Of a DNA stretch of 64,000 nucleotides, positions 1 to 10,763 are shown one piece after another; the first letter of the stretch is position 1; every line of letters starts with the position of its first letter. Source of the stretch: an uncultured Gammaproteobacteria bacterium. Lineage in GTDB: Bacteria > Pseudomonadota > Gammaproteobacteria > UBA9214. The notes under the pieces were generated by a model. That model searched no databases, was not told where the DNA came from, and saw nothing but the letters and a program-made list of their open reading frames with translations. Location of the stretch: assembly GCA_963773065.1 (NCBI GenBank), contig CAVYZN010000008.1, forward strand, positions 32,001-96,000, in the 5' to 3' direction. Position numbers and translations under genes: made by a program.

Positions 1-79
1 ATGGGGTCAGACTCGATTGATCTCTGGTCATTCATCGATATTAACGGAAACCTGAGAGATCAATCGAGTCTGACCCCAT
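1..79. repeat. Perfect 25-bp inverted repeat (REP/MITE-like, GGGGTCAG ends)
   Basis: ATGGGGTCAGACTCGATTGATCTCT (1-25) and its exact reverse complement (55-79), 29-bp spacer; same GGGGTCAG/CTGACCCC ends as the transposase element at 7.6-8.6 kb. Confidence 0.85.
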
Positions 80-86
80 TGAAACC

Positions 87-359
87 TCAGTATTCCGCAA
101 AGGCATCGTCCGGATAGCAGTAAAGCCAGTGCTCTCCGGGCTCCGCCGAGGCGATCACGGGATGCCCGCTCACCTGCGCGTGCCGGGTGGCGTGACGGTT
201 TGGCGAACTGTCACAACACAGCGTCGCGCCGCACGTCTGGCAGGTACGCAGATGGACCCAGTTGTCGCCGATCTTGACGCACTCCTCGCACTCATGGCGT
301 TTCTCGTGTTTGACGGTCCTGATGGCGCTGAGGTGAACGCAGGATGATTTGGATGTCAT
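87..359 (-). CDS. UBP-type zinc finger protein
   Basis: CxH..CEEC..WVHLRTCQTCG...CCDSSPNRHA..H..HP...SAEPGEHW.YCYPDD pattern typical of bacterial zf-UBP proteins. Confidence 0.85.
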   Translation of the reverse strand: MTSKSSCVHLSAIRTVKHEKRHECEECVKIGDNWVHLRTCQTCGATLCCDSSPNRHATRHAQVSGHPVIASAEPGEHWLYCYPDDAFAEY

Positions 360-369
360 GGTTCTTCCT

Positions 370-2054
370 TTATTCGTGGAGTACCTGGTGTACGAAGGAG
401 ACCGTAATCGATCCCTCCCCGACCGCGGACGCCACCCGCTTGATATTTCCCGCCCGGACGTCGCCGGCCGCGAACACGCCGGGCACGCTCGTTTCGAGAA
501 GGTGGGGAGAGCGGTTGAGCGGCCAATGCGCCGCGCTCAGTTCGTCCTGGGAAAGATCGGATCCCGTCTTGATGAATCCCTGCGCGTCGCGCGCGACACG
601 CCCATCGAGCCACTGCGTGTTGGGAGCGGCGCCGGTCATCAGGAAGACGTGCCGGATGGCGTGGGTCTCGATGTTTCCGGTTTGATGGTCCCGCCAGCGC
701 ACGCGTTCGAGATGGTTGCCGCCTTCGAGGGCCGCGATCTCCGTCTGCGTATCGCAAGACGATCGCAGGGTTTCCTTCGATGCGCCGGATCAGGTAGCGC
801 GACATGCTCTCGGCCAGCCCGCCCGTGCGGACCAGCATGTGCACGCGCCTGGCCGTTTGCGCAAGAAAGACGGCGGCCTGGCCGGCCGAGTTTCCGCCTC
901 CCACCACGATCACCTCTTCGCCGGCGCACAACTGCGCCTCCATGAACGTCGCGCCGTAGTATACGCCCGCGCCTTCGAACCGCGTCAGGTTCTCGATCGA
1001 CGGTTTGCGGTACTCGGCGCCCGTCGCGATGATGACGGTGCGCGCGGGCACGCGCGGGCCGCTCGCCGATTTCGACGGTGTAGGGTTTGCGCTCGCAGGT
1101 GAGCCGCGTGGCGCTTTGCGCGATGATCACCTGGGCTCCGAACTTCTGGGCCTGCGTGTACGCGCGGGCGGCGAGCGCCTGGCCCGATATGCCCGTCGGG
1201 AAACCGAGGTAGTTTTCGATTTTCGAGCTCGAACCGGCTTGTCCGCCCGGCGCGCTGGTCTCGATCACCAGGACGTCCAGTCCTTCCGAAGCGGCATAAA
1301 CGGCCGCCGCCAAGCCCGCGGGACCGGCGCCCACGATGACCACGTCGCGCATCTGTGCCGGGTCGATCACGGCGTTGAAGCCCAGGCACTCGGCGATCTG
1401 CTGATTGGTCGGGTTGCGCAGCACCACGTCGCCGCGACAGATCAGCACGGGCACGTCCGCGGTGGAGACGTGAAACCGGTCCAGCAGCTCCTGGACGTCG
1501 GCCTCATGGTCGAGGTCGATATAGGAGTAGGGATGGCCATTGCGCGTCAGGAACTCCTTGACGCGCAGCGTCCCCGAACAATGATTCGACCCGATGAGCA
1601 CGACATCACCGAAGCCGTGCGCGATCAACTCCACCCGGCGCAGGATGAAGGCGCGCAGGATGATTTCGCTCAACTCGCTGTCGGTCTGCACCAGCGTCAG
1701 CAAGTGCCCGTGATCCAGCTCGATCACCTCGCCCGACGCGCTGGCGCGCGCCAGGACGAGCGCGCGGCGGCCCGAGAGCATCTGCACCTCGCCGGTAAAC
1801 TGACCCGGGCCATGGACCGCGATGAGCGTCTCGGCGCCGCCGGATGGCTGGACGATCTCGACCTGGCCTGTCGCAACCACGAAGAACGGCACGTCCACGG
1901 CACCCGCCTCGAAGAGCACTTCACCAGCCTGGACCGCTCGCCGGCGACCCTGCGCCGCGATGCGTTCCATTTGCGCCGGCGTCAGCGTCGGAAACATCTG
2001 GCCGATGCGCGCGGTCAGGGTCAGGGGTTCTGGCGTAGCGATGGTATCGGTCAT
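370..2054 (-). CDS. cNMP-binding domain fused to thioredoxin reductase-like FAD/NAD(P)H oxidoreductase (three frames, indels near 1060 and 750)
   Basis: N-terminal cNMP domain (GEVLF..G, GQFTGE), GAGPAG FAD motif, SSKIENYLGFPTGISG, IIATGA, VGGGNSAGQAA, ETSVPGVFAAGDVR, spread over ORFs 639-2054, 356-1051 and 370-702. Confidence 0.85.
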
Positions 2055-2246
2055 GGCGATGCGTCCATCATCAATCGGTACGGTTGCGTGAGCTCAACCA
2101 ATTAGGCTGCTTTATGAGCAGTTTAGACCAAAATCGTCATTGCCGATGGCTGCAACGCGGAAGCCAGCCAATGACGCAGAAATCGACAGGAGCCGAAAAA
2201 GAAGATCACGGGTTTCAGCAATGGACAATTTGTGAGGGAGCATCGT

Positions 2247-3611
2247 TTAATCTTCCCAACCACCGCCAAGCGCCTTGTACAGCGCGATCAGGTCCTGGCT
2301 CAGGCTGGAATCGCTCTGGACGAAGGCGGTCTCGGAGAGGTACAGCGAGCCTTGGGACTGAAGCACATTCAGGAAATCAGTTTGGCCCTCGGTATACAGC
2401 TGCGTCGCGAGTTGGACGGCCTTGCGGTTGGCAACGACGGCGTCGTTGAGCGACTTGTGGTGTTCCCATTCCTTCGCGTAGGCGATGAGCGCATTCTCCA
2501 CGTCCTGCAACGCGGCGAGCACGGTCTTCTGGTAGGTGATATAGGCCTGATCGCGGAGCGCTTCCTGTACATGGACGTTGGCGACGATGCTGCCACCCTG
2601 GAAAATCGGCCAGTTCACCGACGGACCAAACGACCAGGAACGATCAGCGCCGCTGGACAGCCTGTCAGCTTGCCAGCTCAGCGAGCCGGTCAGCGAGAAC
2701 TTCGGGAAGAGGTCGGCGACGGCGACGCCAATCTGCGCGGTGGCGGCGTGGAGCTGGGCTTCCGCCTGGCGGATATCCGGCCGGCGGCGCAACAGTTCCG
2801 AGGGCAGTCCGGCCGGCACCTCCGGAGGCGTCACCGGCAGCGGTCCGGTTACGGCAAGCTCGTTCAGCAAGTCGGCGGGCGGGCGCGCCAGCAGGACGCT
2901 CAACGCGTAGATGGATTGCCGGGCGGAGGTTTGCAGCGACGGGATGACCGACTCGGTGGTGGCGACTTGCGCATCGGCGTTGGCCACGTCGAGGCCGCTG
3001 ACGAAACCGGCATTGAATCGCTGCCGGGTGATGTCGGCGGTGTGCCGCTGCGCCCGCAGGTTTTCCTGCGAAATCACAATCTGCTGCTGAGAGCCGCGCA
3101 GTTGCACGTAATTCAGCGCCACCTCGGCAGCGAGGCTGACCTGCACGTCACGCAGCCCTTCCTGCGCGGCGAGAATGTTCGCCTCGGTCGACTCGACGTT
3201 GCGGCGGGTGCCGCCGAAGATGTCCGCCTCCCACAGCGCGTCGAGGCCGGTCTGAAACAGATTCTGCTCGCCCGCCTGCCCTTGCCGGGAGTGGGAGCGC
3301 TGGTAGCCGGCTGAGGCATCGACCGTCGGCCAGAGACCGCCGGCGATGACGCCGCGCGTGAATCGGGCCTCACGCAACCGCGCTTCGGCGAACTGGACAT
3401 CGAGGTTCGCCTTGATCGCCTCGTCCACCAGCGCGGTCAGCTTCGAGTCGTTGAACTGCTGCCACCACGCGCCCAGTTCGACCGGCGCACTGGTGACCGA
3501 TGATCCCGCCCAGCCGCCGGGCATCACCGTTTGCGGGGGCTGGTAGTTCGGGCCGACGGCGCAACCGGCCAGCAGCGCGACCGACGCGAGCCACGGGGCG
3601 ATGCTATTCAT
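2247..3611 (-). CDS. NodT/OprM-family efflux outer membrane lipoprotein
   Basis: Lipobox LLAGC, PSELLRRRPDIRQAE, C-terminal LYKALGGGW; start at MNSIAPW overlapping the macB stop. Confidence 0.9.
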   Translation of the reverse strand: MNSIAPWLASVALLAGCAVGPNYQPPQTVMPGGWAGSSVTSAPVELGAWWQQFNDSKLTALVDEAIKANLDVQFAEARLREARFTRGVIAGGLWPTVDASAGYQRSHSRQGQAGEQNLFQTGLDALWEADIFGGTRRNVESTEANILAAQEGLRDVQVSLAAEVALNYVQLRGSQQQIVISQENLRAQRHTADITRQRFNAGFVSGLDVANADAQVATTESVIPSLQTSARQSIYALSVLLARPPADLLNELAVTGPLPVTPPEVPAGLPSELLRRRPDIRQAEAQLHAATAQIGVAVADLFPKFSLTGSLSWQADRLSSGADRSWSFGPSVNWPIFQGGSIVANVHVQEALRDQAYITYQKTVLAALQDVENALIAYAKEWEHHKSLNDAVVANRKAVQLATQLYTEGQTDFLNVLQSQGSLYLSETAFVQSDSSLSQDLIALYKALGGGWED

Positions 3612-5712
3612 ACCGCAGCGCCTCGATCGGATCCAGACGAGAGGCTTTCCAGGCCGGGTAATAACCGAAGACAATACCGACGGTCGCCGAGACCAGCACC
3701 GCCGCCACGATGGCGCCGATGGAGATGACGGTCGGCCAGTTCAACACCAGTTGCACCAGAAACGAACTGCCGCGGCCGACCAGAATGCCCATCGCGCCGC
3801 CAATCAGGCACAGCACGACAGCCTCGGCGAGAAATTGCCGGAGGATATCGCCCGGTTTCGCGCCGACCGCCATGCGCAAGCCGATCTCGCGCGTGCGTTC
3901 GGTGACCGAGACAAGCATGATGTTCATGATGCCCACGCCCCCGACCACCAGCGAGATCATGGCCACCGCCAGCAGCAGCTTGGTCATCAAGTCGGTCGTG
4001 GAAGACATCGCCTTGGTCATTTCGGTCATGTCCCGAATCGAGAAATCATCCGGTTCACCCGGGTGGATGTGGTGCCGTTCGTGCAGCAGGGTGACGATCT
4101 GTTGAATGGCCATCGGAATCTGGCTGCCGGAGCGCGCCGCGACGATGATCTGGTCCACGCTCGTGAAGCGCACCGGCAGCGGCGTATCGGCCTGCTGGGT
4201 GGCCGAGGGCGTCGGGTAGGGGCTTGCCTTGCCGGGATAAATCTGGCTGAGCGTGTTGACCGCGGTCGAAGCGGTGTTGGCGGTGGCGGCGCTCTGGTTG
4301 ACGTTCTCCACCGAGGAGCCGGCGACGCGGTACTTGATCGTCGTCCACGGCGCGAGCACGACGTCGTCCTGGTCCATGCCCATCATGTTCGCGCCCTTGC
4401 GCTGGAGGACGCCGATGACCTTGAAAGCCACGTTCTGGATGCGCAGCTCCTGACCCACCGGCGACTGGCCGCCGAAGAGTTCGCGAACGATGGTCTGGCC
4501 GACGAGGCAGACCTTGCTGGCGTTGCGCACATCGCGATCGGTGAATGTGTCACCCTCCGCCAGGTCCGTCCAGTCGCGCACCTGCAAGTAGTCCGGCGTC
4601 GTGCCGTAGATGAACAATGGCACCCAGTTCCGGTTACCGTAAACGACTTGTGTGCGCACGCGCTCGACCGGTGCCACGCTGGCGACGGCGGGACATTCTT
4701 TTCCGATGGCCCTGGCATCCTCGGGCGTGAGCGTTTTCACGCTGCCGGCACCGAAACTGACGCCGCCGCTGGCGGCGGTGCCGGGCATGATGATCAAGTT
4801 GTTGGCGCCCATGCTGGCGATGGTGCGCTGGATCGCGGCGGAAGAACCGTTGCCGATCTCCATCATCGCAATCACCGCCGCGACGCCGATGACGATGCCC
4901 AGGGTCGTCAGCGCCGCCCGCATGATGTTGCGGCGCAGAGCGCGCAACGCCAGCTTCAAGGTGCGGAGTGATTTCATGTCGGGGCTCCGGCCGGTGCCGC
5001 CGCGCTTCCGTCCAGCGCCCGCGGGAGCGGTCGCGCCGTCTTCGATGAGTCCATCCTTGATACGGATGATCCGTTGCGCGTGTCGCGCCACCTCCGGATC
5101 GTGTGTCACGAGGATGACCGTGAGGCCCTCGCGCAGGTTGAGGTCCTGGAACATCCGGAGGATTTCCTCGCTGGTTCGGGAATCGAGGTTGCCGGTGGGC
5201 TCGTCGGCGAGCAGGATTTGCGGAGTATTCACCAGCGAACGCGCGATGGCCACGCGTTGCTGCTGGCCGCCGGACAACTGCGACGGCTGATGGTCCATCC
5301 GGTCCGCCAGCCCGACCCGCTTGAGCAATCCGGTGGCCCGTTCTTTCATCTGTCGGTCCGTGAGTGGCTCCGCGGCGTAGGACAAAGGCATCATCACGTT
5401 TTCCAGGGCGCTGGTGCGTGCCAGGAGGTTGAAACTCTGGAAGACGAAGCCGATCGTCCGATTGCGCACCCGCGCCCGTTCCGTCGCCGACAAACCGGAG
5501 ATTTCCCGGCTGTCCAGCCAGTACTGGCCCGAGCTCGGGTGATCCAGACAGCCCAGCAGATGCATCAACGTACTCTTGCCGGAACCGCTGGCACCCATCA
5601 ACGCCACCAGCTCACCCCGGGCGACACGCAGGGAAATGCCCTTCAACACCGGCAGATCCACTTCGCCCAGGTGGTAGGTCTTGCAAATGTCTCGCAGTTC
5701 AATCAACTCCAT
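3604..5712 (-). CDS. macB: MacB-family ABC transporter (ATPase + FtsX-like permease)
   Basis: GASGSGKST Walker A, LSGGQQQRV, ILLADEPTGNLD, GIMNIMLVSVTERTREIGLRMAVGA, LDPIEALRYE. Confidence 0.9.
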   Translation of the reverse strand: MELIELRDICKTYHLGEVDLPVLKGISLRVARGELVALMGASGSGKSTLMHLLGCLDHPSSGQYWLDSREISGLSATERARVRNRTIGFVFQSFNLLARTSALENVMMPLSYAAEPLTDRQMKERATGLLKRVGLADRMDHQPSQLSGGQQQRVAIARSLVNTPQILLADEPTGNLDSRTSEEILRMFQDLNLREGLTVILVTHDPEVARHAQRIIRIKDGLIEDGATAPAGAGRKRGGTGRSPDMKSLRTLKLALRALRRNIMRAALTTLGIVIGVAAVIAMMEIGNGSSAAIQRTIASMGANNLIIMPGTAASGGVSFGAGSVKTLTPEDARAIGKECPAVASVAPVERVRTQVVYGNRNWVPLFIYGTTPDYLQVRDWTDLAEGDTFTDRDVRNASKVCLVGQTIVRELFGGQSPVGQELRIQNVAFKVIGVLQRKGANMMGMDQDDVVLAPWTTIKYRVAGSSVENVNQSAATANTASTAVNTLSQIYPGKASPYPTPSATQQADTPLPVRFTSVDQIIVAARSGSQIPMAIQQIVTLLHERHHIHPGEPDDFSIRDMTEMTKAMSSTTDLMTKLLLAVAMISLVVGGVGIMNIMLVSVTERTREIGLRMAVGAKPGDILRQFLAEAVVLCLIGGAMGILVGRGSSFLVQLVLNWPTVISIGAIVAAVLVSATVGIVFGYYPAWKASRLDPIEALRYE

Positions 5713-5736
5713 GATCGAACTCCGTGTGTTTCCTAT

Positions 5737-7096
5737 TCAGGGCGCGCCTCCCGACCGGCCGCCGCCCGCCGCCACACCCTGGGCCGCATTGCCGCGGGCG
5801 CGGCCGAGTTGCGGCGTAAACGGACTGGCCCCGCCGCCGGCATCGGCGCTGGCCTGGGACGATTGCTCACCGACCACCACGTTCATCGCTTCTGACAAAT
5901 CGGCGCCCGCCACTTCGGTCAGTGTGCCATCCGTCAATCCGGTTTTGACCTTGAGCGGTCGCACAAAGTTGCCCTGCGCCACCCAGAGGGTCCGCTGCGT
6001 TTCGGCAGGACCGGCCGGCGCGGTGCCGGATACCGAACCGTCGTTTTCGCGCACTGCCAGTGGCCTCGGCCGCCTGGCGAAATTCCGGCGCGATGTCATT
6101 GGCTTGAGGCTCCCAGCGCAGCGCCGCGTTGGGCACGGCAAGCACATTCTCGCGGCGGCCGCTGATGAACTGCACATTGGCCGTCAGGTACGGGAGGAGC
6201 TTGCCGTCAGCGTTGTCCGTGTTCACCACCACCGTGTACGTGACGACGTTCTGGGTCATGCTGGCGTTCAGGCGGACCTTGCCGACCTGGCCGTGGAAAT
6301 CCTGGCCTGGAAATGCGTCCACGGTGAACGTGACGTCCTGGCCGGGATGGATGTTGCCGATGTCGGCTTCGTTCACCGAAACCCAGACCTGGATGCGCTT
6401 GAGGTCTTTGGCGATCAGGAACAGACTCGGCGCGTTCAGGCTGGAGACGACGGTCTGGCCGATATTGACGCGCCGGTCGATGATCACGCCCTTGACCGGC
6501 GACTTGATGGTGCAGTAGCCGAGATTGCGTCGCGCCCGATTCAACGCCGCCTGGGTCTGGGCCACTGCCGCCTGTGAGACGCCCAGATTGGCCTTGGCGA
6601 CCTCGAAATTGGCCTTGTATTGATCATACGCGCTCGGCGCCAGCGCTTCGGAGGGGCCGAGTTTTTGCGCGCGTTCCCAATCCTGACGGGCCTGGTTCAA
6701 CTTGGCCTGCGACTGGACCACGTTGGCCTCGGCGCTGTTCAGGTTGGCCTGGGCCTGCTGAACGTCAGCGGCGTACAAGGAATCGTCAATCTGCGCCAGC
6801 ACCGTCCCTTCATCGACGACCGAGCCGTAATCGACCGGCTTGCCGTTGACGTCCGTGCCGAATTCGTTGATTTGCCCGGCCACCTGCGCGCCGACGTCCA
6901 CGACTTCCTCCGGCTCCACCGTGCCGGTCGCGCCGATCGTGGCCAGCAGGTCGGCGCGCTTCACCGGGACCGTACGAAGTTTCGTGACCGGTTCACGTTC
7001 GCCGTACAGGTGCCACGCGCCCAGCCCGCCGAGCAGGGCCGCCACACCGATTGCAATCACCGTAAACCGAGATGTTCGTCGCATGTTTGTCTCCAT
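5737..7096 (-). CDS. MacA-type periplasmic adaptor subunit (frameshift near 6.1 kb)
   Basis: N-terminal TM, ATGTVEP..VDVGAQVAGQI, IKSPVKGVII, GQTVVSSLNAPSLF; C-terminus (GLTDGTLTEV) in a second frame. Confidence 0.85.
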
Positions 7097-7536
7097 CGTT
7101 CACACCCTGGCCGGTTCCCCGTCTGTGATACCGGCGCTGTGTCGGATACAGGGAGCATATAGAAACTACCTGGAAAACGGCTATAGCGGGTTCATTCATG
7201 GGGAATCCCGTCAGCGGCTGGCGAAAGTGCATCGCCCGGTCACCGTTAATACCGGCAGTCGTGGGGGTTGCCGTCCATGTCTGGCTGACGGTTTCGCAGC
7301 GCTTCCTCGGGTATAACGGATACGCCGACTGCACGATTTACCATGGACCGGCGCTGCTGGCGCTCGTCGCCCTGCCGGCCGGCATTGCGGTGGGGGATCT
7401 GATCGACGGGGTGATGCATCGCTAACCGAAAGGAATCCCCCGCCCGTTGCTATCCCGGTCATGGGGTGGTCGGGGATGAGATCCGATTATATGCCTCTTG
7501 GGGGCAGTGCCACCTGGCGTCCGCAAAGGGGTGAAC

Positions 7537-7632
7537 TCAGTTGGACTCCGCCTGGGCCGTGCCGTAGCGCCAGGAGCCATCAGGTTGCAGCCAGGCCGTG
7601 CCGTAACCGTCCACCTGTTTACCGCCGACCAT
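7537..7632 (-). pseudogene. C-terminal remnant of a 17-kDa surface antigen (RT0821/Lpp0805-like) gene
   Basis: Manual translation MVGGKQVDGYGTAWLQPDGSWRYGTAQAESN* resembles the GGK..YGTAC.QPDGSW tail of that family; cut at the left inverted repeat of the transposase element. Confidence 0.55.
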
Positions 7633-7633
7633 C

Positions 7634-8566
7634 GGCAACGGGGTCAGGTCTTGCATTGCAACATCATTCCTTCGTTTCATGCTCGATCGCCCGCACAGAT
7701 CGACTCACCGTCGAGTAATGCACGCCGAAATGCCGGGCAATCTCTGCCATCGTATACTGCCCGGACAAATAGGCGCGCGCCAGCGCTTCGTTGCGAGGAT
7801 AGCGTTTCCCGAACACCTCCAGCGGCAGGCTCAAAGGCCGGCGCTGTACCCGCGGGATTTCACCCACAGCAGGCTTTTGCTCTATCTGCGCCTGCATTTT
7901 CTTGACGAAGGCTTCCGAGCCCAGATAAATCTGCCCCTGCAATTGCGACCAAACACTCGGGAGCCGGGCGCCTTCATGGACGAAGCCCACATACTTGGCG
8001 ATAGCGCTGCCGCGCCGCTGACCAAACTGCGCCAATAGCCAGTCCGTCTGCAGCCATTGGGGCGATAGCGTTTGCCCGCAGGTCGCCAGATAGCTGCTCC
8101 ACGGCCAGGCTTCCAGTCGCTTCACCCTCTTTGCCCGCAGCGGGTTGAGAACGATGTAGCGCGCCAATTCCAGAAGATAGCTGTCGCGCTCGACCAGGAT
8201 CGCCTGGTAGCGCCCCTGAAATACATGCCCCACCCGTGAGTGGGCGCGGTTGAAGCGCTGGGTATACACCCCGTTGAGCTGGCGCATCCCCTGCGCCAGA
8301 TTCGCCCCCGGCGTTTCAATCAGGATGTGGTAGTGATTGGTCATCTGGCACCAGGAATGACATATCCAGTTGAAGCGTTCGCAGACTTGTCCGAACACGT
8401 TCAGCCACACCGCCCTGTCAGCGTCGGACAAATAAATAGCCTCGCTCCCATCGCCCCGCGAGGTGACGTGGTAAATCCCGCCGGAGAGTTCCAGCCTTAA
8501 AGGTCGCGCCATAGGACGCAAAATAGATGGGTAAATGCGTTAATGCAAGACCTGACCCCCGTTGCC
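7634..8566. mobile_element. Y1/HUH (RAYT-like) transposase element with about 24-bp terminal inverted repeats
   Basis: GGCAACGGGGTCAGGTCTTGCATT (7634-7657) and AATGCAAGACCTGACCCCCGTTGCC (8542-8566) tightly flank the transposase. Confidence 0.8.
7664..8512 (-). CDS. REP-associated-type tyrosine (Y1_Tnp) transposase with C-terminal HTH
   Basis: MARPLR..G.YHVTSRG, MTNHYH (HUH), GHVFQGRY, YIVLNP, WPWSSY; C-terminal EIARHFGVHYSTVSR. Confidence 0.9.
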   Translation of the reverse strand: MARPLRLELSGGIYHVTSRGDGSEAIYLSDADRAVWLNVFGQVCERFNWICHSWCQMTNHYHILIETPGANLAQGMRQLNGVYTQRFNRAHSRVGHVFQGRYQAILVERDSYLLELARYIVLNPLRAKRVKRLEAWPWSSYLATCGQTLSPQWLQTDWLLAQFGQRRGSAIAKYVGFVHEGARLPSVWSQLQGQIYLGSEAFVKKMQAQIEQKPAVGEIPRVQRRPLSLPLEVFGKRYPRNEALARAYLSGQYTMAEIARHFGVHYSTVSRSVRAIEHETKE

Positions 8567-8571
8567 CCAAG

Positions 8572-10053
8572 CTACACGCTGTTGCGCCACTCCGTGTCCT
8601 CGGCGTCGAACAGGCGGTTCGATTCCTCGGGACCCCAGGAGCCGGCAGTGTACGTGTGGATGAAGTCCCGCTCCTGAGCCCAGTCCTTCAGGATCGGGTC
8701 CACCACCCGCCAGGCCCATTCCACCTCATCGAACCGGATGAACAGGGTCTTGTCCCCCTCGATCACGTCCAACAGCAGGACCTCGTAGGCGTCCAGGGGT
8801 TGCTCGTCGGCGCGGCGGTAGCCAGCGTTCAGGCGCACCACGCGGGTGTTCATGTCCAGGCCCGGCTGTTTGGCGTGGATCTCCATGTGCATGCTCTCCT
8901 CCGGCTGGATGGAGAGCACGATCCAGTTGGGCTCAAGGGTCTCCAGAGGGGTCTCCCGAAAGAGCTGCTGGGGCGGGTGCCGCAGGCGGAGGGCGATGAT
9001 GCTCATCGACTGCTTCAGGCGCTTGCCGGTGCGCAGGTAGAACGGCACGCCACGCCAGCGCCAGTTGTCGATGTAGAGCTTGGCACAGGCATAGGTCTCG
9101 GTGACCGAGTCGGGCTCCACCCCCGGCTCGCTCTGGTAGCCCTGGATTTGCCGGCCCTGCACGATGCCGGACGCGTATTGGGCGCGGAAGGCGTGGGCGT
9201 GCACGGCGCCCTTGGAGATCGGGCGGATGGAGCGCAACACCTTGACCTTTTCGTCGCGCAGGGCGTCAGCCTCAAGGGCCGGCGGCGGTTCCATCGCCAC
9301 CAGGGTCAGCAGTTGCATGAGATGGTTCTGCAGCATGTCCCGCAGGGCACCCGCCTTGTCATAATAATCGGCGCGCTGCTCGATGCCCGCCTCCTCGGCC
9401 ATGGTGATCTGCACGTGATCGACGAAGTTGCGATTCCACAGTGGCTCGATAAGGGTATTAGCGAACCGGAACACCAGCAAGTTCTGCACCGTCTCCTTGC
9501 CCAGGTAGTGGTCGATACGAAACACCTGGCTCTCGTCGAAATAGCGGTGCAGCAGCTTGTTGAGCACCTGGGCTGATTCGATGTCCTGACCGAAAGGCTT
9601 TTCCACCACGATGCGGTGCAGGCCCCGGGGCTCGGAGAGGCCCGCGTCGTCCAGGTTTTTTATCACGGGCGGGAAGTCGTTGGGCTTGATCGCCAGGTAG
9701 AACACGATGTTGGAGCACGACCCCAGCTTCGGCTTGGCCAGCAGCGCCTTGAGCCGGGCATAGGCCTCGGTGTCGTGCAGCTCGCCGCGCAGATACTCGA
9801 AGCGCGAAACGAAGTGTTCTAGTCGCTCCCCCTCGGCCTTGACCAACTGGACCAGCAGTTCCCGCACGTGAGTGCGCCAGGCCAAGTCATCCCACTCGCG
9901 CCGGCCGAAGGCGACGACGTTGAGGCCCTCCGGCAGCTTTCCGGCGAGCTCCAGCCGGTACAGCGCCGGCAGCAGCTTGTTGGAGGCCAGGTTGCCCGTG
10001 GCGCCGAAGATGACGAAGTTGCACGGGGGCAGAGGCATTTCCAGGTCGAGCAT
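8572..10053 (-). CDS. zwf: Glucose-6-phosphate 1-dehydrogenase
   Basis: [51 protein letters not shown]. Confidence 0.95.
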   Translation of the reverse strand: MLDLEMPLPPCNFVIFGATGNLASNKLLPALYRLELAGKLPEGLNVVAFGRREWDDLAWRTHVRELLVQLVKAEGERLEHFVSRFEYLRGELHDTEAYARLKALLAKPKLGSCSNIVFYLAIKPNDFPPVIKNLDDAGLSEPRGLHRIVVEKPFGQDIESAQVLNKLLHRYFDESQVFRIDHYLGKETVQNLLVFRFANTLIEPLWNRNFVDHVQITMAEEAGIEQRADYYDKAGALRDMLQNHLMQLLTLVAMEPPPALEADALRDEKVKVLRSIRPISKGAVHAHAFRAQYASGIVQGRQIQGYQSEPGVEPDSVTETYACAKLYIDNWRWRGVPFYLRTGKRLKQSMSIIALRLRHPPQQLFRETPLETLEPNWIVLSIQPEESMHMEIHAKQPGLDMNTRVVRLNAGYRRADEQPLDAYEVLLLDVIEGDKTLFIRFDEVEWAWRVVDPILKDWAQERDFIHTYTAGSWGPEESNRLFDAEDTEWRNSV

Positions 10054-10110
10054 TTAAGCCTCCGTCTGCCCGTTGCCGCCTGAGTTGCAATTCGCCATAC
10101 AGGTAGGCGC

Positions 10111-10629
10111 TCAGCCGCCTCGTCTCGAATCCGCTCTGACCGGTAGCCTCCAGCCCGGCCGGACGAAGTGGCAGGTGTAGCCATTCGGGATGCGCTCCAG
10201 ATAATCCTGGTGCTCCGGCTCGGCTTCCCAGAAGTCGCCGGCAGGCGTGACTTCCGTGATAACCTTTCCTGGCCAGAGACCGGACGCTTCGACATCGGCG
10301 ATGGTGTCCTCGGCGACCCGCTTCTGCTTATCGTTCGTGTAGAAGATGGCCGAGCGATAGCTTGTTCCGACATCATTGCCCTGACGGTTCACTGTCGTCG
10401 GATCGTGAATCTGGAAGAAAAACGCCAGTAGCTCCCGGTAGCTGACCTTCGAGGGATCGAAGATGATCTCGATCGCTTCGGCATGGGTGCCATGATTGCG
10501 ATAAGTCGCGTTCGGCACGTCACCGCCCGTATAACCGACTCGGGTCGAAATCACGCCGTCATAGCGACGGATCAGGTCCTGCATTCCCCAGAAGCAGCCT
10601 CCGGCGAGCACCGCGCGTTCGCGTTTCAT
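10111..10629 (-). CDS. msrA: Peptide-methionine (S)-S-oxide reductase
   Basis: AGGCFWG active site, [20 protein letters not shown]. Confidence 0.95.
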   Translation of the reverse strand: MKRERAVLAGGCFWGMQDLIRRYDGVISTRVGYTGGDVPNATYRNHGTHAEAIEIIFDPSKVSYRELLAFFFQIHDPTTVNRQGNDVGTSYRSAIFYTNDKQKRVAEDTIADVEASGLWPGKVITEVTPAGDFWEAEPEHQDYLERIPNGYTCHFVRPGWRLPVRADSRRGG

Positions 10630-10721
10630 CGGATATGCTCCACTTGGTCGAGGTAAGAGCCGTAGCCTTCGGCCTCCATGTCATCACGGTGGACGAAGCG
10701 CAGCGACGCCGAGTTGATGCA
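10626..10721 (-). pseudogene. msrB: C-terminal remnant of msrB
   Basis: Manual translation [31 protein letters not shown]; stop overlaps the msrA ATG; the 5' part is missing. Confidence 0.8.
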
Positions 10722-10763
10722 TTGGGCGCCGTGGATAACGCCGCGCCTGGCGCCACCCGCCGC

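Noticed and set aside
4960-5040. Novel ATPase-permease fusion in macB
   Set aside because: Fused MacB is common. The linker also has GGAG...ATGA, so the fusion could be an indel artefact joining two genes.
7198-7425. 75-aa hydrophobic ORF divergent from the efflux operon
   Set aside because: No recognisable family; it may be a real small membrane protein but cannot be supported from sequence alone.
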